The translations under genes and the position numbers were made by a program. This document shows, in pieces, positions 26,501 to 41,500 of a stretch of 64,000 nt of DNA; position 1 is the stretch's first letter; every line of letters starts with the position of its first letter. Under the pieces are notes generated by a model. The model ran no database searches, was not told where the DNA came from, and was given only the letters and a program-made list of their open reading frames with translations. This stretch comes from Eledone cirrhosa. Taxonomy: Eukaryota. The DNA lies in the NCBI GenBank assembly GCA_964016885.1, contig OZ024741.1, positions 401,574,001-401,638,000 on the forward strand, written 5' to 3'.

Positions 26501-29500
26501 TATCAACATAATAAAAAATGGATGCAACCCATTATGCTGTGTATGTAAAAAAACAACTAGAAACCATTGATCATATAATTTCAAAGTGCAGTCCTATAGC
26601 TCCAACCAAATACCTAAACAAGCTCGACAGAGCTGCACAATACATACATTGGGTAATGTGTAAGCATTTTGACCTGCCCCATCAAAAGAATTGGTGGGAG
26701 CATCAACCACATCCCGTACTTGAAAAAGATCACATCTCAATCTTGTGGAACTTTAACATCCAAACAGACCAAAAAATAGATGCAAATAGACCTGATATAA
26801 TACTGAAGGACTTTAAAAATAGGGTATGCCTGCTAATAGACAAGAATATATCTATTAAAATATTTGAAAAATTTGAAATATTTGAAGATAGAGATTGGAA
26901 AAATGTGGAAGTTGAGAACTAAAACAATACCAGTGGTTGTAGGCACTCTAGGAATGATACCTAAGGGGTTAATGATTACTTATCCGAAATCCTAGGAAAC
27001 CCGCGTATAGAAGAAATACAAAAGATAGTACTAATGGGAACAGCCCATATACTAAGGAAGATTCTGTCAATACATCACAGGTCTAAACACCTAAAGATAC
27101 ATGTATGTGTCTATGTATGTTCTTTCTTGAACATGGTGGACCTTGTTGTCTCTTGAGGTCACTGGTTGTGACTTGGTCATAACTCGTATGAACATAAAGC
27201 AAGATAAATGAAATAATAATAATAATACCAAACCCATGCAAGCATGGAAGATGGACGTTAAACGATGATGATGATGATGATAATAATGAAAGTATTGTGT
27301 ACAGTGCTCAGGTGCACTGCAACTCATCAAAGGTGCATGTATAGTACATAGAATAATATACAAATGTCAGAGAAGAGAAGAATGTATGAGTCATGATATA
27401 CATGTGTGTATGTGTATGGAGGGGGAATATTAGGTTTAGTCACAATTTTCACAATTATCACAATTTTCTTTCCATTTCATCACAGCAACAACCCCAGTAG
27501 CAACAACAACAATGTTACCATCAACAACTCCACTCCCAACATGTATGTATAAATAACCATTTCTCTATAAATATTAAAATCAATAAAGATAGATGTACAT
27601 ATCTTACATTCGATTATTTCAAATATCCCAAATACTGTCTGAAATTATAAATACAGATTTATAATTTCTCTAAAAAAATTGTTTCCACTTTTGACAAAAG
27701 GCCAGCAATTTCCCCAGTGCATTACTGGTACTTTAATTTATCAACCCTATAAGGATGAAAGGCAAAGTTAACCTCGGCAGTGTTTGAACTCAGACTGTAA
27801 AGGGCCTAACTCCGACCCTCTACCAATACTACCAATCCACTGCCCTCCATAATAATGTATGTAATTTTATTATTTTTAATTTCAGCCACAACTATTCCAA
27901 CAACAACACTACAACCAACAACACAAACAGGTAACATATTTCTGATTAATAAAATTATCTGACATGTAGGAAATCATGATAATAATCATGAAAATATTAT
28001 TTTTCTATTGTGTTTTACTTCTATTATTTTGTAGAATCATGGTGCGTAGCTAATGATGGTTTGGAAGATGTTTCATTAATAAGATCCTGGGATATTAAAT
28101 TGTCAAGCAATGATGAAAATCCAGATGTTATTCGACCTGGAAACAAAGGATGGAGTCCTGCTAGAGATGATAAGAAACTTACAGTAACTATGTTTGTTGG
28201 TGACACTTTAAAATATGGTGCAGCAATTCATCTCTTACGATCTAAATGTGTTGAGAAGTTTGATGTTATTCTAACTGGTGGAGAGGTTAAAAGATTTAGG
28301 GTAAGTTTCAATTAATTAAAATTTTTATAAACATATTTTCAGAGGGAAACTTTATTGAAATAATTCTATCACAACATATTTGTATACATTTAGATGGGGT
28401 AATGAAAACTTTGTAGAAGCAGACGATCAGAAATTATGTGATATAGTTTATTTTAGAACCATTGAATTAATGTATTTTGTATTTTAAATAGAAAGATTAT
28501 CAATGGTAAACATTTATCTTTGTTAATTATTCTGCATATTTTTCTGAAATAACAAAACTTTCAACTAATGTTAACTTATTGCTATTTCCATTTTTTCCTA
28601 GAATAATCCAAAAAGTGAAATTGTTAAAATACCATTTGGTACAACATCAGATACAGTAAAAATCCACTTTGTTCCTGTTTCACCCAATTGTAGACTGAGA
28701 GTTACAGTATCTTTCATAGGATGTTTTGAATCAAGCAGTAAGTAGGAATTCATTGTATTGATATAAATACTTTGTCATAAATCCTATATTTATTTCCAGT
28801 ATTTTGTCATCCGTTGAATATTAGATTTTTAGAAATAAGTATTTTAGAAGATAGATGATGATACAGATGTATGTGTTGAGAATGTATGTATTTGTGTATT
28901 GTATCACAGAAGTCACCATTGAAGATGTTAAAAGCAATGTTGTGGAAAACAGCATCATACGACTTTATAATGTTTATAATATATAATTTATTTACAAACC
29001 GATTAGATGGCATACCACAAGAAATGAATAAACCAATTAAGAGTTTAAAGAGGTATGGTCAACTGGCTGAGGCGTTAGCCAGACTGGTAGTGATATTTGT
29101 TGCTACATATTGTCTATGTTTGAGGAACGAAATCAAGAGATGTTTACCCTAACGGTCTTGAGCTGCAAGAGAGAATTTAGCGAAAAGAAGCGGGAATTTT
29201 TCCCTCTGGGCGCAAGTTGAAATACATTTCCCTACGCTGGTAGTGATTGGCTGAACTGAGCCAAACAACGAACGGAAAATGTATCCATGAGCCCTCGGAA
29301 TGTAGGTCGCTACAGATTAAAACAAAATTATTATGAATTAAATTAGAACACTACAGATTAGCTTAATGATTCTGTATCTTTATCGATTTTTTTCATAATT
29401 CTAGATCTTCTAATCATTAGAAATTTAGATAATATAAAATTTGAAGACCAAAAATAGTTTACACAAACTTTCAAATGAATATAGTTTTATGAATATCCCC

Positions 29501-32500
29501 AATGAAAGTGACATTTGATTATACTTTTAGAAAATAAGAGGAATGTTGGTTAAATTTACATATTTTAACGTAGTGTTCCATCATATTGGTATATTTTCCT
29601 CCTTCCCATTTTAAGTTATACAATTGTTATAGCATTTACTAACAATAAACATCAGAAAATATTATATTTCTATAACTCATATCATATCTACAGTTATACA
29701 GTTGTCATATCATTAACTAACAATAAACAATAGAAGGTATTTCACTAACTAATATATGTCTGTGCTTCATTCTTCCATGTCTTCATCACAGTTGTTATCA
29801 CAATTTCTTTTCCATTTCATCACAGCAACAACCCCAGCAGCAACAACAACAATGTTACCATCAACAACTACACTCACAACATGTATGTATAAATAACCAT
29901 TACTCTATAAACATTAAAATCTGTAAAAAATATATGTACATATCTTACATTTGATTATAAAAAAATGTACCAAGTACATTATGAAATAATAAATACAGAT
30001 TTATAAATTCTCTATTATAATGTATGTAATTTTATTTTTTTAAATTTCAGCCACAACTATTCCAACAACAACACTACAACCAACAACACAAACAGGTAAC
30101 ATATTTCTGATTAATAAAATTATCTGACATGTAGAAAATCATGATAATAATCATGAAAATATTATTTTTCTATTGTTTTACTTCTATCATTTTGTAGAAT
30201 CATGGTGCGTAGCTAATGATGGTTTGGAAGATGTTTCATTAATAAGATCCTGGGATATTAAATTGTCAAGCAATGATGAAAATCCAGATGTTATTCGACC
30301 TGGAAACAAAGGATGGAGTCCTGCTATAGATGATAAGAAACTTACAGTAACTATGTTTGTTGGTGACACTTTAAAATATGGTGCAGCAATTCATCTCTTA
30401 CGATCTAAATGTGTTGAGAAGTTTGATGTTATTCTAACTGGTGGAGAGGTTAAAAGATTTAGGGTAAGTTTCAATTAATTAAAATTTTTTTATAAACATA
30501 TTGTCAGAGGGAAACTTTATTGAAATAATTCTATCACAACATATTTGTATACATTTATATGGGGTAATTAAAACTTTCTAGAAGCAGGCGATCAGAAATT
30601 ATGTGGTATAGTTTATTTTAGAACCATTGAATTAATGTATTTTGTATTTTAAATAGAAGGATTATTAATAGTAAACATTTATCTTTGTTAATTATTCTGC
30701 ATATTTTTCTGAAATAACAAAACTTTCAACTAATGTTAACTTATTGCTATTTCCATTTTTTCCTAGAATAATCCAAAAAGTGAAATTGTTAAAATACCAT
30801 TTGGTACAACATCAGATACAGTAAAAATCCACTTTGTTCCTGTTTCACCCAATTGTAGACTGAGAGTTACAGTATCTTTCATAGGATGTTTTGAATCAGG
30901 CAGTAAGTAGGAATTCACTGTATTCATATAAATACTTTGTCATAAATCCTATATTTATTTCCAGTATTTTGTCATCTCTTGAATATTAGATTAAAAGCAA
31001 AATTATTATGAATTAAATTAGAACACTAGAGATTAGCATAATGATTCTGTATCTTTATCAATTTTTTCATAATTATGGATCTTCTAATAATTGGAAATTT
31101 AGATAATATAAAATTTGAAGACCAAAAGTAGTTTACACAAACTTTCAAATGAATATAGTTTTCTGAATATCCCAAATGAAAGAGTGACGTTTGATTATAA
31201 TTTCAGGAAATAAGATGAATGTTGGTTAAATTTACATATTTTAACGTAGTGTTACATTTTATATTCTTAAATGATATAATAAATTTATGAAATGTTTTTA
31301 TTGTATTTTATAAAAACAGAACATTTCCAACTATACAATTCTCATAACTTTAGTTAATAGTAATTAACAAAAAGTATTTCTATAATTAATATCATATTTG
31401 TATATTTTCCTCCTTCTCATTCATTTTAAGTTATACAATTGTTATAGCATTTACTAACAATAAACATCAGAAAATATTATATTTCTATAACTCATATCAT
31501 ATACACATGTATATTATGACTCATACACTATTCACTTTCCTGACATTTGTATATTATTCTATGTACTATACATGCACCTTTGACGACTTGTAGTGCACCT
31601 GAGCACTTTACACAATAATTTCATTATTATCATTATTATTATTATATCTACAGTTATACAGTTGTCATATCATTAACTAACAATAAACAGTAGAAGGTAT
31701 TTCACTAACTAATATATGCCTGTGCTTCATTCTTCCATGTCTTCATCACAGTTGTTATCACAATTTCTTTTCCATTTCATCACAGCAACAACCCCAGCAG
31801 CAACAACAACAATGTTACCATCAACAACTACACTCACAACATGTATGTATAAATAACCATTACTCTATAAACATTAAAATCTGTAAAAAATATATGTACA
31901 TATCTTACATTTGATTATAAAAAATGTACCAAGTACATTATGAAATAATAAATACAGATTTATAAATTCTCTATTATAATGTATGTAATTTTATTTTTTT
32001 TCCTTTCAGCCACAACTATTCCAACAACAACACTACAACCAACAACACAAACAGGTAACATATTTCTGATTAATAAAATTATCTGACATGTAGGAAATCA
32101 TGATAATAATCATGAAAATATTATTTTTCTATTGTGTTTTACTTGTACTATTTTGTAGAATCATGGTGTGTAGTTAATGATGGTTTGGAAGATGTTTCAT
32201 TAATAAGATCCTGGGGTATTAAATTGTCAAGCAATGAGGAAAATCCAGATGTTATTAGACCTGGAAACAAAGGATGGAGTCCTGCTAGAGATGATAAGAA
32301 ACTTACAGTAACTGTGTTTGTTGGTGACTCTTTAAAATATGGTGCAGCAATTCAACTCTTACGATCTAAATGTGTTGAGAAGTTTGATGTTATTCTAACT
32401 GGTGGAGAGGTTAAAAGATTTAGGGTAAGTTTCAATTAATTAAAATTTTTATAAACATATTGCTATATGGTCCAATCAGAACTCAGCAGCTTTAGTAAGT

Positions 32501-35500
32501 TCTCTAACAAATCAGTATAGCAAAGCTTCCACCTCGGTTACTACTCCTTAAATTTAGACCTGTTTAAAGGGTTGACTGCGGAAACTTGAAAAGTCTAAAC
32601 ACTCAATGACAATGTCACAGATAAAGATAAATTCACCTCCCGCTGCAAGACGAGAATACAAGGACCCCTCTTTATTTCAGACACGGATGACCAACAAAAT
32701 TCAGTCTCCTACACCCCCCCCCCCCCTGCCCCTCCAACCCATCCATCCCACCCTCCCAACTTCAGAGTTGGTACCATGAACGTAGGCACATTGAAAGGTC
32801 GCTCAAATGAGGTTGTAGAGATGCTTGAACGTAAAGAAGTTAATGTTTGTTGTATTCAAGAGACTAGGTGGAGAGGGGGGGGGGGTCTGCCAGATTCATC
32901 GTGGGTAAAAAACGATGCTATAAACTTTTCTGGGTGGGAAATGACAATGGACTGGGTGGTGTAGGAATTATGTTAGCAGAAAAATGGGTAAATAAGGTAA
33001 TCGACGTAAATAGAGTAAATGACAGAATAATTAAAATAAGGCTAGTTCTAAATAAAACTACTGTGACAATAATATCCGCTTATGCACCCCAATCTGGTCT
33101 ACTTGACGTTATAAAGGACAGGTGCTATGAGACGCTAATGCACACTACCGCCCAAATAACCGACAGCGACTACCTATTATTATTGCTGGTGATCTAAACG
33201 GCCACGTTGGACAACATAGTGATGGCCATGATGGAATCCATGGAGGCTATGGGGTTGGAAATAGAAATGAGGAGGGCTTCAGAATCCTGGAATTCTGTGA
33301 CGCAAATAACCTAACTATCTGTAACACAAACTTCAAAAAACGTGAAGACCACTTGATCACCTATAGATCAGGGGAACACGCCAGCCAGATAGATTATATC
33401 CTTACTAGAAGACGGGACAAGGTGTCTGTTGTAAACACTAAATCCCTCCTCCGTGAAGAATGCACCTCCCAACATAGCCTAGTAGTTAGTGACCTCACAG
33501 TCAGAAATAGATGTACTCGACGACAGAGGAGGCCTACCTTGAGGAGAAGAATATGGAAGTTGAAGGACCCCATAGCCAGTGACAAATTTAAAAGCTTATT
33601 ACTTGATGTCTTTGACAATAAGGAAGAACAATTAGAGACGTGTGATATAGAGGAACAGTGGCAATTCTTGAAAGTGAACCTGCTGAAAGAAACGGATGAA
33701 ATCTGTGGCTGGAGCAGACCTATTGCAGGAGGAGAGTAACTTGGTGGTGGAACAGTAAGGTAGAAGAGACAATCAAGGCCAAAAAGCCGGCTTGGAAAGT
33801 ATGGCAGGATGGGGGAAGTAGAGAGCACTATCAAGTGGCCAGGAGAGAAACTAGGAGACAAGTGTACCTTGCAAAAAGGGAAGCAGGGGATAGAAAGTTC
33901 AAGCATGTTCTACAACGCGAGGTGTTCAGGATTGCTAGACAATGTGTCAAGGAAAACCGTGATATTGTCGGGGAGAAGTGTGTCCGTAATGATAACGGTG
34001 TACTTGCTCTCACTGATACTGATAAGAAGATAGCCTGGAAGTGTCACTACGAGAGACTATTAAATGAGCAGAATAAGTGGGACAAAGATAGTCTGCCCCA
34101 AATTGATCCAATAGAAGGACCAGCGTTGCAAGTTAAAGGTAGTATAATAAGTAAGGCAATCAAAGATATGAAGACAGGCAAAGCAGCTGGGTCTTCGGAG
34201 ATAGTTGCTGAGATGTTGAAGGCATCTGGTATGGTGGGACACACTATGGTCACCCATATAGTTAACCAAGTAATACAGAATGGGGTCATACCAAAAGACT
34301 TGCGTAGCAGCATCATCATTAACTGCTACAAGGGTAAAGGAGATGCCCTAGATAGGAGTAACTATAGAGGCATTAAATTAATCGACGAGGTCATGAAGGT
34401 CACGGAAAAAGTAATAGCGAAACTAATCAGAGAGAGAATTGACCTAGATGAAATGCAGTTCGGGTTTGTGTCAGGCAAAAGTACCACAGACGCTCTTTTC
34501 ATTGTACGACAACTACAGGAGAAGTACCTAGCTAAAAGTAAACCCCTATACTTAGTTTTTGTCGACTTGGGGAAAGCCTTCGACAGAGTCCCTCGTTCCA
34601 TTATCTGGTGGGCTCTTAGAAAACTAGGCGTTGACGAATGGCTTGTGAGAGCTATACAAGCCATGTATAAAGAAACAGTCAGCAAGGTTAGAATTAACAA
34701 CGAATATAGTGAAGAGTTTAGCGTAAAAGTTGGTGTTCATCAGGGCTCCGTTCTTAGCCCCCTACTATTTATTATTGCCCTTCAGGCTATAACAGTGGAG
34801 TTCAAGACCGGCTGCCCATGGGAACTCCTATACGCAGATGATCTAACGCTCATAGCTGAATCGAGAAAAGAAATTCCAAACATGGAAGCATGGCCTAGAA
34901 TCAAAAGGCCTTAAAGTTAACTTTTCTAAGACTAAAGTCCTAGTTTGTAGAAAGGAAAATAAGGCACAGTGTAGCAGTAATATATATCCTTTGTAATTAA
35001 ATGTATTTTCCTTCGGCGGAAGAAAAATGTGACGGAAGTAAATTGGCTGAAGTGTGAGCCAATCAAAACCTTCGGCATAGCGATACAAGTAACTGGACTA
35101 CTTAGACCAGAGAACGGAAGTTAAGACAGAAGACCAGTCTCCAGAAAAATCTGCTATCATCAAAACGTTGATTCTTCGATACGCCATATCCTGTCGTATC
35201 TCACACATGGAAATACAGGCAAAATGAGTTTCACAGTGTGAAGCAAGAATAAATGAAGTACATACTTGTAATGGAGTTTGTCTATTTAATGCTTTCTGAT
35301 CTAAAGACTTACATTCTTCATTATACAAGTACCCTCAGGGAAATGGCCTTGCTCAGAGTGTAGGAAAGGAGTAGGCAGAAATTCAATTTTATGTCCCAAA
35401 TGCAAAGTATGGGTACATAAAAGATGTAGTGGGATCACAGGTAAACTATCTAAGAACGTAGACTTTATATGTGGCCGATGCTCAGGTGCAATAAGTAGCA

Positions 35501-38500
35501 AGTGTCCACAGGATACTAGCCCCTTCTATTGCCCAAATGGTTCTATAGAAATAGTAGACACTTTCCGTTACCTGGGTGACGAAATCAGCAGTGGTGGAGG
35601 GTGTTCTGAAAGTACAGTAGCCAGAGTCAGAACGGGATGGAAAAAGTTCAGAGAGCTTATACCGCTGTTGGCCACAAAAGGTTTCTCTCTAAAAATGAAA
35701 GGCAGATTGTATGATGCCTGTATACGAACAGGATTGCTACATGGCAATGAGACATGGGCATTGCGTGCAGAGAACCTGCATAGACTGGAGAGGAACGAAG
35801 CATGCATGCTCCGTTGGATGTGTAATAGTAATATACGTGAATGGCAAAGCATAAATGAACTAAGTGAGAAATTAGGAATAAGAGGGATCAGATGCTGCTT
35901 ACTCGAGAGAAGACTACGTTGCTACGGCCACGTGATGCGCATGAAAGACGACAGCTGTATAAAAAAGTGCAGGGCGATCAAAATTGATGGTAGTTACGGA
36001 GTAGGTAGACCCAGAAAAACCTGGGACAATCTGATAAATTCCAACCTTACACACTTGCACCTCTCTAAGACAATGTCACTGGACCGAGATCTTTGGCGCT
36101 ACGCAGTAATACCGAAGACCCGCCTTGCCTATGTACAAAGCAAAACCTACAGTCAGTAGGCACCTCTTAACCAAATATACACCCCAATCCACTACTCCTA
36201 CTCTATCCTCCCACTCCCACCAACACCACCCTCTCTCTGTAAAGTTGCTACCACAACATCCAGTCCAAATAAATGAGATAAATGAAATCGAGATCGTGTA
36301 GGTGTCACGACAAAGAAACACACAGTCCACGCTGTAATGTGGCCGTGTAGGTAACACAGTAAAAACCTCCCAGTTCCACACTGTAAATGTGGTTGGTGTT
36401 AGGAAGGGCATCCAGCTGTAGAAAACCCGCCAAATAGTCCTATATGAGCGAGACACGGTCACCCGACCAACCTTGCCTCAAGTGTGACAACTCCCATCTA
36501 ACCCATGCTAGCGTGGAAGATGGATGTTAAACGAAGATGATGATGATGATGATTGTCAGAGGGAAACTTTATTGAAATAATTCTATCACAACATATTTGT
36601 ATACATTTAGATGGGGTAATGAAAACTTTGTAGAAGCAGATGATCAGAAATTATGTGATATAGTTTATTTTAGAACCATTGAATTAATGTATTTTAAGAG
36701 AAGGATTATCAATGGTAAACATTTATCTTTGTTAATTATTCTGCATATTTTTCTGAAATAACAAAACTTTCAACTAATGTTAACTTATTGCTATTTCCAT
36801 TTTTTCCTAGAATAATCCAAAAAGTGAAATTGTTAAAATACCATTTGGTACAACATCAGATACAGTAAAAATCCACTTTGTTCCTGTTTCACCCAATTGT
36901 AGACTGAGAGTTACAGTATCTTTCATAGGATGTTTTGAATCAGGCAGTAAGTAGGAATTCATTGTATTGATATAAATACTTTGTCATAAATCCTATATTT
37001 ATTTCCCTTATTTAATCCTTTACCATTTACATTACTATATATTTACTATTGTAATTTCACAGTAATGGCTTTATTTTGCATTCTATTGAACCTACGAGAT
37101 TTTGATATTATTTATTTTGAGAACAAAATCCTAACACAAGTATGAGCAGCCAGTTATGGCTGGTTTGGACAGAAAGAGGTGAGAAAATTCTGGCTGGATA
37201 CTGCCTGTTTTAAATGCTAAATGGTTAAACGTCTGTAAATTGCAGAATTTAAAAAAATGATAATTATTCCTGAATTCAGAAGTTTATGTAAAATTCATTT
37301 GTGGTAATACTGTTTCCCTTTATTCTTCAATTGGAAGATATTATTTAAACCGACTGTATCCAACCAGAATTCTCTCACCTCTTTCTGTTCGAACCAGCTG
37401 TAATCAGTCACTCATACGGATGTTAAGGTATTGTTCTCAAATACATAATACCAAAATCTCATCGATTCGATATTATGTGAAGTAAAGCCTTTACTACAAA
37501 AATACAATAGCATATATAAAGAGTTAAAAACTAATGTAAAATTCTTTTTCCTTTGGTTTCTTCACAAGAATTCCAGTAAAGAAAAATGTATGTGTTTAAA
37601 GTTTTCTAATTTTTAACAAATATTGTGGAGTCACATGGCTTAGTGGTTAGAGCATTGGGCTTGCAATTGAAAGGCTGTGAGTTCAATTCTCAGACCGGGT
37701 GATGTGTTGTCTCCTTGAGCAAGACACTTTATTTCACATTGCTCCAGTTGACTCAGCTGTAGAAGTGAGATGATAGGACTGGAGTCCCTATCATTCCACT
37801 CAAAGTGGTCGTGGAGGTGCCACAGAAAAAAAGCACCCAGCACTCACTGTAAATGAGGTTGGTGTTAGGAAGAGCAGCCAGAATCAGTTCCTGTATGAGC
37901 AAGACAAGGTCAGCCGACCGGACACTGCTCACAACAGGACAACCCGTCTAACCCATGCTAGCGTGGAAGAACGGACGTAAAACGGTGATGATGATGATGA
38001 TGATGATGATCTTCATGACTAATAACAGGAACATTCAGTTAAATTGAACTATTTGGTTATTAGATATAAAGTTGTGATATGTTTTAATGAAATAACATCA
38101 TCAGGAATGATTCTCCCTTTTTTCCTGTAACTCCCATATTGATATATAGCATCTCTAGGGTAGTTTTCAACCTGGCAGAGCCTACTCCCTTTCTAAGTTT
38201 GAATATAACAGATTTCTTTCAGAGAAGGATAGAGAGAAAACGATATAGAAGAATCAACTCCAGTACTAGACTGGTACTTTTTTTATTGACCTCAAATGGA
38301 TGAAAGGTAAACATGACCTCAGGTAATGTAAACTCAGAAAGCAAAGAGCTGGAACAAATACTGCAAAGCATTCTGATGATCTAACGACTGACAATTTGCT
38401 GCCTAATTTTTAAATGATACATATTTATAATATACCGTTCTGTAGATGTTATGCAAAAATAAAACATTTGCATATATGCAAATTTTCATTTGTTTAGTTT

Positions 38501-41500
38501 ATATTAAAATGTACAGAAATTATTGATAACATTTTCCCAGGATTGATATTAATATGCTACATTTGTATTTGTGTTTTCACGTTTTGCAAATGACATTTTA
38601 CTGGTTACCATAGCTAATTTTGTTTGTTTTTACAGCAACAACCCCAGCAGCCACAACAACAATGTTACCTACCACCACTCCTCTTGTTACAAGTATGTAT
38701 AAATAACCATTACTCTATAAATATTAAAATCAATAAAAATAGATGTACATATATTACAGTTAATTATTGAAAGTAAGCCAAATATATTATGAGATGATAA
38801 ATACAAATTTATAAACATTCTATGATAGTGAATGAAATTGTTCTGTTTTATTTTCATTTCAGCCACACCTATTCCAACAACACTACAACAGACTACACAA
38901 ACAGGTAACATATTTCTTCTTCTTCGCCCAATTATTCCTGCGAGGATCGTGGAGGCAGTGCTCAAACACTACTTCCTGTAGATCCTGTCAGAAGCACTGA
39001 TCCCCAAGTGAGAGCAGCCAAGCTCACGGATGTTATCCAAACGTCATGCTCGGGGGGGTCTACCCCTGAGTCCCATGCTGGCTGGTTTTGTCCGTAAAAT
39101 CTGTCCAGCTTTTCTTTCCTGAAGCATTTTAACCACATGCCCACAGTATCAGACCTGTGATCTCTCAATTCTGAGATGTAGTGGCACTATCTGGAGTGAC
39201 ACTCTGATCTCCAAGTTATGCATTCTGTCGAGTAACATTACTTCAAAGACCATTTGAGTAAACCCTATTTCAGCTGCTTGTATTTGCGATTTTATCCTTA
39301 GGGTGGTAGTAGCAAATATTCAAACGAGACCTTCGATAACTGTAATGTAGATAGGTTTCATACCAGAAGCAGTCAAGCACAGGACAATCGCTCCTAAGAA
39401 GTGAATGAAAGCTTCTACAGAAGGTTCTGTATCTGTCGTCATTGTGTTAGTTAAAGGGTAACATTATGTTAGTTACAGGGTATTTCTGATTAATATAATT
39501 ATCTGACATGTTGGAAATCATGATAATAATCATGAAAATATAGTTTTTCTATTGTGTTTTACTTGAATTATTTTGTAGAATCATGGTGTGTAGCTAATGA
39601 TGGTTTGGAAGATGTTTCATTAATAAGATCCTGGGATATTAAATTGTCAAGCAATGAGGAAAATCCAGATGTTATTAGACCTGGAAACAAAGGATGGAGT
39701 CCTGCTATAGATGATAAGAAACTTACAGTAACTATGTTTGTTGGTGACTCTTTAAGATATGGTGCATCTATTCGTCTGATACGATTTAAATGTGTTGAGA
39801 AGTTTGATGTTATTCTAACTGGTGGAGAGGTTAAAAGATTTAAGGTGAGTTTCAATTAATTTGATTTGTGATAAAACTATTGTCACAGTAAAGGTTTAAT
39901 TGAAATAATTCCATTAATTATGACATAATTGGATAAATTTAAATATCATTTTGAAACATTTAACATAAATAGATGATGTAATGTAAAGTTTGTAGAGGCA
40001 GATGATCAGAAATTATGTGATAAGTATTTTGGAACCATTGAATTAATATATTTTAACTATTTGATAATTATTAGAAAACATTTTGTTTTGTAAATTATTC
40101 TGCATATTTGTCTGAAATGACCAAACCCTTACCTAATGCTGTTTTTCTTTTGTCATTCTCGTGTGTACCTAGAATAATCCAAAAAGTGAAATTGTTAAAA
40201 TACCATTTGGTACAACATCAGATTCAGTAAAAATCCACTTTGTTCCTGTTTCACCCAATTGTAGACTGAGAGTTACAGTATCTTTCATAGGATGTTTTGA
40301 ATCAGGCAGTAAGTAGGAATTGATTCCATTGATATTAGTACTTTCCCATAAATCCTGTATACCTTTACTTCTCTGTAGGCTGCTAGCATAAAAGTAATAA
40401 TAATTATTCCTTAATTCAATGTGATTAATTCAAAGTGATCATAAAAGTGATTTATGATCCAGAATCCTTACATATATCAGTTATATTTTGGTTGACCTAT
40501 TCAGTACTCTTTCTTGAAGAGGTAGACAAAATAAATGTCTGTATGTTTTGCTATATTTTATAAGGTGACAAACACCATTTGTCTGTAGAATCACATTTAT
40601 TTTATTTCATATTAATGTTTTAGGAATGACAATGGTTAAAAACTCAACATTTTAATTCTTGGTGTATTTCTGCATTACTCAACTTACTTACTATGATGTA
40701 AAATGTCTTGTGTCTTTTACAGTTTCTAATGGAAAATTCTAGATAGTCATTTCTATCCTTTCTTTCTATATCTCCTTCAAGCCATTTTTCTCTTTCCATG
40801 TCTTTCTTGCTTTCTACTACTTGCTCTGTCTCTCACTCTTTTTCTCTACCCATCTATCTATATGTATATATATATCCTTCCTTTGGCTAACAATAATATT
40901 TTCAAAAGACAAGTTAATTTTCTCTACAATTGTTAAAATAGTTTTGTTTCCTTTTTTCTCATGAAACGTTTTACTTCTTATCATAATTTCTTTTGTTGTA
41001 TTTTACAGCAACAACCCCAGTAGCAACAACAACAATGTTACCAACAACAACTCCACTCCCAACAAGTATGTAGAAAATAATTATTACTTTATAAATATTA
41101 AAGTCAATAAAACCAGTTGGTTCTATATGTACCATTAAAATATATAAAATATTTTCTGAAATAATAATTATATATATATAAGTAATGCACAATATATATT
41201 GAATTCAATAAATAAAAAATAGTTGTGCAGCATTTTCTTGTATTTTAAAAATTTAACTTTTATATTTGTGAAATAATAAATATAAATTTATAAACTGTTT
41301 ATGATATAATATGTAATTTTCATTTCTTTTATTTTAATTTCAGCCACAACTATTCCAACAACAACACCACAACAGACAACACAAACAGGTAACATATTTC
41401 TGATTAAAATAATTATCTAACATATAGGAAATCATGATAATAATTATGAAAATATTGTTTTTCTGTTGTCTTTTACTTGTATTATTTTTCAGAATCATGG

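Noticed and set aside
37627-37700. tRNA gene (also 53887-53957 and SINE1 heads)
   Set aside because: A/B boxes continue into a SINE core and tail with TSDs; no complete cloverleaf.
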